64,000 bases of DNA, taken from assembly GCA_017499595.2 (NCBI GenBank), contig CM039004.1, positions 496,001-560,000 on the forward strand, given 5' to 3'. Source of the stretch: Psilocybe cubensis. Its lineage: Eukaryota. Every line of letters starts with the position of its first letter. The first letter of the stretch is position 1. Positions 39,564 to 52,816 of this stretch are shown one piece after another. The notes below the pieces were generated by a model that saw nothing but the letters and a program-made list of their open reading frames with translations, searched no databases and was not told the origin of the DNA. Both the position numbers and the translations under genes were made by a program.

Positions 39564-42500
39564 AATAATAAGCAAGTTTTGCAAAGAAAAACTTCCAATG
39601 AGCGAAGTCGTGAAGAAATCTTCGCCTTGAAGCACACTTTTATATCGCGTCATGCGTAATAGGTGTACATTTATAGCAAACCAAAACCCAAAATGACAGA
39701 TTGATAAAGAACAACATCAAAGGCTCACGTCTGAGATGATTAATACCATGTCCAAGCAGCAGTGGATCGATTAATAGGGTTGAGTGGGTAGATCGTATCG
39801 AAAAATAGCATCCCATTACTCACACACAACATTTTAGACAAGTCTGCCTTGAAAAGAAGCAGACGATAGGATGTAGCAAATATGCTGATGGACACAGGGG
39901 AAGCAAAACAGGTTCTCGCATTGAGTTTGTTCTTGTACTGGCCGGTTAACGGGTCTCCCTCTCCCTCCCGATTACCATGGCCCATGCTTCGCATCTTCTT
40001 CCGTGGAACTTGAGAAGTATCCACACCTCTAATGAACAGCTTTTCCAAGCGCTCCAAGGGCGGCCATTTCAACTCAAGAAGTCTCGAACGAGACACGATT
40101 TCCCTGTAAACATGTACGCACAACTACATAAGTGATTACAGCGGACGGAACAAATAAGCACTGAACTTACACAAAACAGGTACACCAAGATAACCCCTGG
40201 ACTGGATTGACGTAAAAGACGTCGTCCGGGACCGATGGTCGCATCATTTGCATTTTAAAGAACACCATCTCCGTTTGTCCTTTGGCGCGCTTGATCTAAC
40301 ATTGAAAACTCCCACAAAGTGATTGATATAGATGGTTTTTGCGCATTGGAAGTAGGGTGTATATGGTGCAGAAGGGTCTGTTTCTGGGATCACGGGGCCC
40401 CATGCCGAATGCTTACGTTCGCATTGCCATCTCTCCCCCAGAAGATTGCACACATGTGGCGTAGAGGCCGACTTCTAGCCTTGATATTGAAAGCTGAGAT
40501 ACCTGGATATACATGCGACTCAGGGCTCGCCACTCGGCTTTATACGCTCCCGAGATGAGTCCAGGACGAACCTAGGTCAATGTACCCAATTCCAACAAAG
40601 CTCCATTTGCATCGCAGCGATATCGTTGAGTGATGAGTGATCGCGGAAATCTGCTTATTGATTGAGTGTCCCATGGTCTTCCGCTTCTTCCAATACGTAT
40701 TTCGTACCACAATGCAAGTGTGTAAGACGCTGCAGCACTGCAGGAGCTATTCAGGATTCAGGATATCGGAAACTAACATACCATAGCCGTAGCTTTCTGG
40801 TTTTGTCGTTATGCGACATGCCTACATAATATCTTTTAAGATGCACCGTGGTTGTGGTCATTGCGCGTCGGGTGGAAAGATCCGGGACATAAGAACAAAA
40901 TGAATGGAGTCGTGTGGGCGGCCTCGCACAGCTCAAAGATAGAAGGATTCTCTACAATGATTAAACTGTTTTTGTCATACATTACATAGAAGGACGTATG
41001 TTGACGATCTCGCACCTTGAGGACATCGGAAGAAGGAGATTTCAGCCGTATACGCGTAAACCCCGCAGCTGATATGTATAAGGTACACCTGGGTCCAACG
41101 GTTCGCCATCAAGTGCACGAAAGAAGGACAAATGTCCAAAATACTGTCTTCGTTGTCCAGGCCATCACATTCGATGACTCGTCGATGGAGTGTTTCAGTT
41201 GTATTGAAGATGCTGTGCTGTCCAGGTTCTCCTTGTCATATATGAAACTTTGGTTGTCCGTCCGTATCGATTGTTTTGACGGAAAGCCGTATACGACGAA
41301 GGATGCTAGGTCGAGAACGTAGTTACTCGCGCACATTGAATAGGAGTACAATGGTGGAAATGATTGAGATTGGAAGACGCTAAGCGCTACTTGAGTGTAA
41401 ATGTCGATGAAATCTGGGTTGGAAGGCTATATGCTTCATTCAATAGTCAAATAAAGATATGGCAATGGTGTGATTGTGCGCGTTGGTACATCCACAAAAC
41501 GACCCAAAATCCTCAGCCATTCTGTTGTTTAAAGAGGAGATCAAGCGGAGTTTCTGGCGGTTCGATTCAGAAGGTTTCTCCCACTTTCTTATCCCAATCA
41601 TTCAAACTAAATGTTCCTCTCTACTCAAAACACCTGAAATGCATACGCTTGAACTGTCGATGGCGTATTGACTGAAATACCTGTTGAGGCCATGTGTTCA
41701 CAATGACAGCAAGGTGTCAATCACTGACAATACGCGCAAAGTTCAAACACACTAATGTTACCAGTCTCGACTAAGGCTGGATCGCATTTCCCCTGAATCT
41801 ATATGACTCAGAAGCAGTTCCATAACCTCATACATTGAGGTGTAGGCGTTCCACCAAAGCTACAGTAATCCATTCATACCATCCCGTAAACCAAGTTCAA
41901 TGAAACCCCCCAACCTCCTTGATCTACAACCCCGTAGCTGCGCCCATGTGTGTTTTTTGGGTGTCTGCAGCACCGGGTATCAAAGACATGGCCTCGACCA
42001 GTTACGTTCTTTCATGCGGCATCGGCGGTGCCACCCGAGACGATTTTCTGGGTGTTTACACCACCCGGCCGGGGAGATTATACCGATGAAAGAAGGTTCT
42101 GTGAATGGTATGTACCTTGAATCATTCTGCAAATATTCCAAAATGATTTCAAGGTATACCGTGGACCTTGTTTGTCGAATATACATCACAATTACGCAGC
42201 TTTCGGTGCCAGCCTGCGAGAGTCCACAAAGGCCAACGGAAGTTAATTCAACGTTTTCTGTTTCTTTTTAGTTCACGAATGGCATCTATAGCGTTGCCAC
42301 GGTAGCATCTCGCCGCAATCCTGATTAATGAAAAGCAATTGCCATCGGTCTCAGCGATCCAATGATGCATCACCGAGAAATTCTCAACAGTGATGTTCTT
42401 CGTCATACTAGTATGTAACAGCACAACTCGGGTCTGGAAGACGGCCCAATGGGCGACCTTGCTCTTGATTCACTCATACTTGGATTTTCTAGACCAAAAA

Positions 42501-43093
42501 CACGGCGACACCTCGCTTTTACATCAGCATTTCGGGACTATTCGCCTCGCCTAGAAGTTGTTCGCAACAGGTTGCCCCGCACCGGGACTCAAGCCGATTG
42601 TTGATCAACATCTTCAAAGTTCGACAAGTCAACCCCCCATCGATGATGTTTCTGCCGGACAACAATAGACATCACTATGTACGTGCCCTGATATCTCGCT
42701 ATGTACCTGTTAGCTCGATTAAAAGGTACTGATAAGTTGCCCGACTCGAGGTGTAACATTGACTCTATCGAATCTCACCATTGGGAAGCATGTCCTTGTA
42801 TATTTCACAAGTTCTTGTCCTATCGTTGGCTTTGGCAAGAATTTCTCTTGTGAGGTGTACATATTTTTTCGGTGATTCTTATCAGGATTAAAAATACCCG
42901 TCTTCACCAAATTATGATGCGTGGACAACTATCCCACGCAATGGCAATGCTGCGAAGCATCTGAGCTCTCTCTTCAAGAGCCGTCATTCTTTCAGGTTAT
43001 CCAGACCTCCAGCTTTTTCTTACTCTTTTCTGTTTAAACCTGGCTAGCCAGGGCATGATATAGAATCTGTCTAGAACAGTTTTTATTCCCCAG

Positions 43094-44966
<1,873 letters not shown>

Positions 44967-45840
44967 TAAACACCTTGTGAAGCCTAGATCGCTACCCCAA
45001 TTCCGCGATGCTCATGCTACGCCCATAGCCGCTCAGCTTCGTATGCACTGTCCCAGGGTGACGTGGCTTACGAACCTACGACTGGATCCTTTGACGCTCG
45101 GTTGCCACTGATCAAGGTTTCTTTGCATCCAAGTTCTTCTATTTACATACGGGCAATCAATCAACCTTGCCCATTAATCATCACCTCTATCTTACGACTT
45201 ACACTGGGTTAATTGAAGCTCTTCCAGAGCGCCAAACAGAATAGTATTGGTCGCATCATCCAGCGCCATCATTCAGTTTGTATAATCATTGCTTTCGAAT
45301 GTTGCCACATTTAAAAAAGGTCTTTTTGCTGCTCACATCTATGTATAACATATGACAATTTAATCAGATTGCAACAGGCTTGCCATCTGTCCTTGCATTT
45401 CCTACTTGCACTGCATAGTAACGGCTCGTCCCTTTCTCTAGATTTCGAGTCATGTACACTTTTCGCAACTGAGATGCTGAGTCGACAACAGGCCTATCAG
45501 CTGCCACGCTTCATCTTATATCCATGCAGTAAAGCTGAATACGGTTACTACACACATGCCTATTCTTCGAAGCAGCTTTTCGGGATGTCCAACGGAATCC
45601 ATTCTTCACTTTATGCGCCCATTGGTTGAGCAATGATTTTGCGACGAAGTCTAGAAATTTAGACGAAAAATGGAAATATTCGGATAAATTGGGACCGATC
45701 AATTGCAAAATTCGGATTCAAACACCTAATAAATTGGAATAAATTCGCTGGGATTAGTTTGTCCAGGCAAATTGACGCCTTGACCTTGCCCAATAACATT
45801 CATCTTCCAAGCAGCATTTGACTTTTCTTCCATTGTCGAA

Positions 45841-47208
45841 ATGACTTCGAAGCCTATTTCTCGAGATGACCTTCTGGTGCTCCTTTCCTCCATGGGCGTT
45901 GTTCTTCCCAAAGATAACAAATTACCTGAAGAAGAGCTCAACAAGCGGCTTAAAGAAGCCCTAGACACATCGCAGGAGTATTCGGATGTCATCAAGAAGG
46001 AACCTGTAGACCCTCTGTCCCTGCCTAAATGGTCTTCAGAGGAGAAAACTTTATATCAGGCGTCGCAGAGGGACAGCCTGTTGGAAAATTTAGGCGCTTC
46101 TTTTCCATCAAACGCTGTCTCTTTGGCGAAGGAGTATACCTTCAAGGAAATGAAGCAGACTCTACTAGGCGTTGCGTATACATATGACTTGGGCGTTAAA
46201 GAGATCTCATTTTTGACCCACGACGATACGTGGGGTATCTTTATCAGGGTGCGTCGCGTTAATCGTGAACGGGGTTATAGTATGACAGCTCATATATGCG
46301 CACTAGATAATTGGCGTTTACTGTCTCAAAAACGACATCCCCTTGACTTACATCCTATACAAAGAACTAAAGCCCACATCGGACACGCCTCTGGATGTTC
46401 TTCGTCGTCAAGTCCGTCTAGAACAGGACGATGTTACTTCACGGATCAGTGACCTTGAGGGACGTGCAATCCTAACGCTCTTTGAGCAGAATGGCGCGAG
46501 GCTTGACCCAAAATTGCTCCAACTTGCTGAAAGCCAAACAGTAAAACATTCGGGTTTCCGACCTTCGTTTATCCTCCCACTCTGTCCAATCAACATGCGC
46601 AATCTAGGAAGCCTGACTAAGGATCCTGGATGCGAAGTGTGCGGAAAGAAAACTACGTCTCGTTGTGTGCAATGTATGACGGCCGTATATTGTAGCAAAG
46701 GTGCGTGTTGGTAATTGTTCATTGACTTGAGCACCTGTTTTGACTAAATACTTATCTTGTGTTTGCAGAATGTCAGCGAGAAGATTGGCGAACTCACAAG
46801 TCGGCATGCAAATCAATGAAAGGGGGTTCATGGCACCCTATCACTGTCACCACGACTATGCCTGGAATGCCAAGTGGAGGTTTTTTATCGAACATCAACA
46901 CCCGCGACTCGTTGCACAGACATCCTCGCACTCAAAAAATTCCCTCAATTCCCAATTCCCAGGGGACTAAAATTTTCCTTGCCAAATTCCAAGTACCACT
47001 CGGGAATACGGCCTCACAAATGATGATATACGATAGACAGAAGGACTTTCAAGTTTTTTGGATGAGGAACACCAATCCTAAGCTTTTTGACGAGGCACAC
47101 AGATCCATGCAAGGGCGAATGAAGATGTACAGGTGGATGAAGCGAATTTCTGACAACCAGTACGCAATCTGCCTCGACCGTGCGCCAGAGCAAGACCCCC
47201 TGTGGTAG
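45841..47208 (+). CDS. MYND zinc-finger protein, paralog 2
   Basis: Same exon structure and motifs as paralog 1: CEVCGKK..SRCVQC...YCSKECQREDWRTHKSAC; CLDRAPEQDPLW*. Confidence 0.85.
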
Positions 47209-47534
47209 ATTTGATCGACAATCATTGTATATCTGGGACATTCATTCATTTTTTCGCTCAGCATTGTATTCTCCCTGGCTGTTATCGCACGCGCATATGT
47301 TTAAACTTTTCCTATTGTCACTGTAATCCAACTGTAATCGAACCCTCTGTTTTCGCGTTTTTGATCAACACACCCCTATCTATAGTTTTCGCGTCAATTT
47401 TGTGAGACCGAATGGATTACTGTGTCCGCGCGTCCGCCGGACATCCGCCGGACAGACTCACGTGACTACCTCGTCACGTCGCGTCTCAATGTACATTGCG
47501 CGCGCTCTCGCGCGCTTTGTATATATACTCAACA

Positions 47535-47675
47535 ACCCTAAAAACTAATCCCTAACCCCTAATCCCTAACCCATAATCCCTAACCCCTAATCCCTAACCC
47601 CTACACCCAACCCTAAACTACCTAATCCCAACCCTAAACTACCTAATCTAATTAATTAATTAATCCAACCCTAAG
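47535..47675 (+). repeat. Degenerate interstitial telomere-like tract (CCCTAA / TCCCTAA / CCCCTAA units)
   Basis: aatccctaacccctaatccctaacccataatccctaacccctaatccctaacccctac...accctaaactacctaa read directly. Confidence 0.9.
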
Positions 47676-47703
47676 AAATAAAACAAACTGCTAAAATATA
47701 TCA

Positions 47704-48152
47704 AGCACTGGAGTGGTGAGATTGAAACTAATAATTCCACCACTGCAGTGGTATAAGTTATGTAGACAATTTCACCACTTCAGTGGTACAAATCATGTGC
47801 ACTGTTCTAGCACTTGAGTGATATAAGATACATTCTAAATGTTACCACTCCAGTGGTGTAGAAATTATAAAAGTAGCAATAATTACTATTCTTAGCATTG
47901 TATTTATTCTATCTGACACACAACTATGACCACTGCAGTGGTGGAATACAACAAGTCAATTTCAGCACTGAAGTGGCAAACTCCAACATATTAATTTCAC
48001 CACTTCAGTGCTGATATTAACTTGCTACATTCCACCAATGAAGTGGTCATACTTACATGCTGTACTTGATCACTGGAGTGACCAAATTTACATGTCGGAT
48101 TTGACCACTTCAGTGGTGAAAACTAACATGTCAATTTCACCACCGCGGTGGT
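47704..48152. repeat. Array of 12 palindromic 14-bp repeats (consensus ACCACTnnAGTGGT) with 21-nt variable spacers, 35-bp period
   Basis: Repeat starts at 47704, 47739, 47774, 47809, 47844, then 47929, 47964, 47999, 48034, 48069, 48104, 48139. Confidence 0.93.
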
Positions 48153-48390
48153 CACGTGGGTCACGTGCTGTCCGCCGGACACTCCGTCCGGCGGAAATTA
48201 TGATTATATTAATCCATTCTATCTGAATTTTGTCGAGTTCGGATCCAATACATAATCGGATCAAATGTGCACGACGCCCGTCGATCACTCTTCTGAGTAC
48301 GACATTTGGATAAGCGAACCGCCACGAACATTTTCCAGACCAGCTATCAGCTTTTTCATTTAATACTCATTTCCTTCCAGAGTTTTTACA

Positions 48391-49766
48391 ATGTCGTCAA
48401 ACGATATTTCTCGAGATGAGCTTCTCCTTCTTCTGTCCTCTATGGGCGTCGTTCTCGCTAAGGATAACAAACTGCCCACAGAGGAACTAAACAGGAGATT
48501 CGGAATGGCTCTGAATACTGCTCAGGAACTGTCGGATGTCGTAGACAAGACACCCATAAACCTTGCTTCATTACCGAGATGGACATCGCAAAAGACACTG
48601 TTCGACGCTACAAAACGAGGAAGCCTGACCGAAGCGTTGGTGGGATATATGTCTCAACCGAAGAAAGGATACCTCTCACCAAAGGAGGAAATTTTCAAAG
48701 AAATGCGTCAAAGTGTTCTTCTCATGGCACATGTGTGTGATGTTGGCCTGAGAGATATATGTTTCTTGACTGAAGGGGATGAGTTGGGAATCTTCGTTCG
48801 GGTACGTACGTGGCAAACAGTATTGATTGCAGTGTAAACGCTCAATCGGTTTCGACAGATAATGGATGTCCTTCGCATAAAAGATGGCGTTCCGCTTTAT
48901 TATTTCGTCTACCGAGAACTGGTTCCCACACCTGACACGCCCATGGATGCACTCATTGACGGTATAGGCGTCGACAGAACGCTTATCAAAACTGGAATCA
49001 GCGATCTCGAAAGGCGTACACTTCTAAGACTGTTTCGCAAAAATACGAAGAAGCTCGACCCCAAAATTATCGCAATGGAACGAGATGCACAAGGCAAGGA
49101 GACGGGTCACCATCCATCATTTGTCCTACCACTCTGCCCTATTGCGATGCGCAATCTGGGAAAGCTTACCAACAATCCCGGTTGCGAAGTGTGCGGGAAG
49201 AAAAATACCAGCCGTTGCATGCAATGCATGTCGGTGGTTTATTGTAGTAAACGTGAGCTTTCTAAGTTGTTTTTTTCTGGGACGGCTTTTTACAGCTTCA
49301 CTCAGAGTGTCAGAAGGAGCATTGGCAGACGCACAAGGAAACCTGCAAATCAATCAAGGGAGGAACTTGGCATTCCATCACAGTACAAGAGCCGGACATG
49401 GGGCCGCCTGAGCTAAATTCTATAGTGAATCGTCTGGAGTCGATGCACAATCCTCAAACTGCAGGCATAAGCCCCTCAAATAACGGGATCCCTCCCGACG
49501 TCCATGGAGGAAAGGTGTTCCTCGCCAAGTTCCAGGTATCGCTGACCTATGATAACTACGGAATTTTAGCCCCAGATATGTTAGTTTATGACAGGACCAG
49601 GAGCTTCCGTTTTTTCTGGAAAAGAAGGTCTAATCCGCGATTGTTCGCGGAAGCGCAGAAAATGATGGGATCCAAGTTGAAGTTTTATAGGTGGGTGCGG
49701 CGAACAGGTGACTATCAATTTGATCTTTGCATCGATAGAGCGCCGCGAGAGGATCCTCTTTGGTAG
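48391..49766 (+). CDS. MYND zinc-finger protein, paralog 3
   Basis: ISRDELLLLLSSMGVVLAKDNKLP; CEVCGKKNTSRCMQCMSVVYCS; MLVYDRTRSF...CIDRAPREDPLW*. Confidence 0.85.
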
Positions 49767-50118
49767 ACATCATCAATATCTTCATATATATAGTGAATCT
49801 AGGTATAAGTTAAATGCTTTAAAAATGCACATGCCTATTAACTCCGCTAAACACTAAAGATGGTTCAAAGTTTGTTCAAAATACATAACACTCTCACAGA
49901 TTGCATCAATCACCCATTTATAGTCATTAAGTTTCCTAAACAGGATCATCTTCTGATTGGATTGCCTGATGATGCTTGCATAGATATCAAAGACGAAAAG
50001 CATTAAAGATAAAGCAGATAAATCAATATATTGGTACCAGTTATATTCTCCATTCGAAATACTACGAATATTGATCAACGTTTCTGATCCTTAACCATCC
50101 TGCAGAAGAAGAGGTTTA

Positions 50119-50642
50119 TTACAGGTTGATGTTGATAGGGGTGCAGCCAGTAGTGATGATGCCATTCTGGAGTGCATGGACATTAGATTCCTCTACATCT
50201 GGTCGTCAATAACACCAATGGACTTACGAATGTGTTGCCGGTGCAGCACACAGGTTGAGCACTGCAAGAGTTGCCGGAGATTCCCAAAACATCGATGGGG
50301 GAGCAGCTCACTACAAAGCATCATGTTGAGCTCGGCAGAACAAATGGAGCGTAACATTATAGAGCTTACATCCAAGAAGGCCAGTGACGGGGCCGAGAAC
50401 AATGCCCAAGAGGCCGAGGAGAAGGTTGGTAGAGCTAGCGGTGGCCTGAAGTAGCACGTCAGTGATTGTGGAAATCGTATACCCCTGTGTAGAAAAAATA
50501 TTACCGAGAGTGTTTGGTCGCAGCAGTTGAGAGTACCGGTGTTGCACTGGTTGGAAGGGCCATCGCCACTGTTACGGGGAACAGCAGTGGCTGCTGCAAG
50601 GAGTGGGAGAGCGAGAACAAGAGTGGAGGCACGAGCGAACAT
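50119..50642 (-). CDS. Class I hydrophobin 1
   Basis: [32 protein letters not shown]...[21 protein letters not shown]...GCTPININL* (eight-Cys pattern). Confidence 0.93.
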
Positions 50643-52305
50643 ATTGAGTTAGGTACGGTTTGTGTTCTGAGGCGGGGCTTGTTGGTTGTAGTAGAACTGC
50701 GTTCAACTGAGGAATAGCAGTAATGAGGTCCTCTCTTTATATGTTTTCGAATACTTCTTTGTTGTGATAAATAAGGTCACACAGCAGATAAACTATACCG
50801 CGTTCCGTGATTGTTTGGGAGGATTTCTTCTCAGATTTTGGCATTGCTTTGAACATTGACGGCGCCACATGTGTCAGGAAATTGAAATCTAGACAGGGCC
50901 GCTGCATTATAATTTGATGACCATAGCCAAATCGTTCTCCGCCATTGGCTGTCACATTTCCGAGCGCCTTTTAGCCGAAGAGGCTATAGAAATCCTTATA
51001 ATACCAATCGTAGGTTATTTTTCCATGTGCAACCACGATGTCAAATGTTGACAGTCTATTCGATCCTGAGTCCTTGCAGTACCGTTGATTCAGAGTCTTG
51101 CGTCATTGTTTGACGGGTTATGATGACACGGGTATTGCATGACGAGTAAGTCAGTTGAACATTGGAAAGTAGTAGTCTCTGGATTCATGGAACGCTCAGA
51201 GATTACGCCTCCGCGCAAGGAACAAGGAATCACCATACCTGTGCCTAGAATCAAGAAGCTTGTTCATGTTGACGGATAATTATCAGATCCGAACAAACGA
51301 TTCATAATTAGAAAGCGCTAGTCCATAAATGGTTGTAGACGAGTCCTATATTTAATGCAGCCGATATGCAGTGAATGCATCCTCCGATAACCATTATCCA
51401 TGCCGACCCACTCGTTCCCCAAAAGATTACCAGGTACGGCTGGGTCAATATTCGGGCATCTACACTCGGCTGTGAGGCCGTCGTGAGGCATATGTGACAC
51501 ATTGACCGTTTGTTAGGAAGTTTGTAGTAAGCATGGATTCTCCGAGATATTGGTAATATAAATACAAGTTGCATGCGCAATTTATCCCATGGTTTTCAGC
51601 TCATGGGAGTCAAATCTACCCCATGAGAGTTTTCCAGATTAACTTCACGAATCTGGATGATAGTTAATCAACAGAGCGAGGAAAAGAGGCTTGAAGAAGG
51701 CTTTGAAGTCGATACATATACTTGTACCAATGTGTAAACCATCACGTGTATCAGATGGAAGTTTCTCGTTCAAAGTATAACCTACTGTAGACCAATCAAT
51801 AGATTTTCCACGAACTTATTCAGCAGTAAAATAATCTCAACACGGAAGCCATGTCGACTATCGAAGGACCTTCCAGTGCAGAAAGTAATCCTTGTTCGAC
51901 TTGATGATAACCAAGAAACCAATAGCTGTACTCTTCCAGAATATGTAGCCATGATGTACGAAACGATGGGCGCTTATGACAAAATAACTGTGGAGACTCC
52001 GAGAGAGGGATTTTTGATAATCCATCAGAATGATGCAATTACAAATTTCATTTAGGTAAATCTATTTATAGATTGCATTCTCGACACAGTGGACCAAGAC
52101 TTCAAAGAATTTACCAGTCAAAGTTTAGTTTTTATTGATCACATAGTATATGCTGTTCATTCCTTTGAAGAAAATGAAGCTTTGTCGACAACCAATAACT
52201 GTCCATTTTTTTGGTATTTACAACTACATTTAAGTGTCACTGTTCTAGTAGGCTTCACATAGCCATATTCGCCTTCGGTTTAGAAATTTGTCCAAAATTG
52301 TATTA

Positions 52306-52816
52306 TTACAAGTTCAGGTTGACTGGAGTGCATCCAAGGCTAACGAGACCGTTCTGGAAGTGATTGAGTCAGTGGTGGATATCTATAACATTAAAAGTTA
52401 TGCATACGAATTGAGTGTCAGTGCAGCAGGCGGGTTGAGCGCTGCAGGAGTTTCCGGCAACACCAAGGACGGTAATTGGGTTGCAAGTGACTAATAAATA
52501 ATATGATGCGTCAACTAATCACATATTCTCGTCTAACAACACTTACGTCCAACCTCCCCCGTGACAGATCCAAGGGCGATGCCCAAAAGACCGAGGAGGG
52601 ATTGAACTGGGCTAGAGGTGGCCTGTAGACGAACAGTTAGCAAGTAACTCTCATATGGAGCCGCAGAGATTCAAAGCTGCTTACACTCTGGACGGAGCTG
52701 CAGCATTGCAAAGTGCCGGTGTTGCACTGGTTGGAAGGAGCATCCTGACGAGGGACCGCAGTGGCAGCAACGAAGACGGGTAGAGCAAGAGCAATGAAAG
52801 AGGCACGAGCGAACAT
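52306..52816 (-). CDS. Class I hydrophobin 2 (absent from the ORF track because of short exons)
   Basis: [39 protein letters not shown]...[42 protein letters not shown]. Confidence 0.92.

Larger units (their letters stand above)
47433..48195. mobile_element. Putative non-autonomous element (MITE-like) with imperfect inverted termini, a telomere-like tract and a palindromic 35-bp array
   Basis: Left TCCGCCGGAC..TCCGCCGGACAG..CACGTGACTACC mirrors right GGTGGTCACGTG..CTGTCCGCCGGA..GTCCGGCGGA; no coding capacity; no clear TSD. Confidence 0.6.

Noticed and set aside
40940-41700. Possible degraded gene between laccase B and the MAPKK
   Set aside because: Only short stop-interrupted frames with no recognisable motif or consistent splice model
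47704-48152. Calling the array a bona fide CRISPR
   Set aside because: Eukaryotic context, no cas genes, repeats only 14 bp, and spacers are related to each other rather than unique foreign sequences
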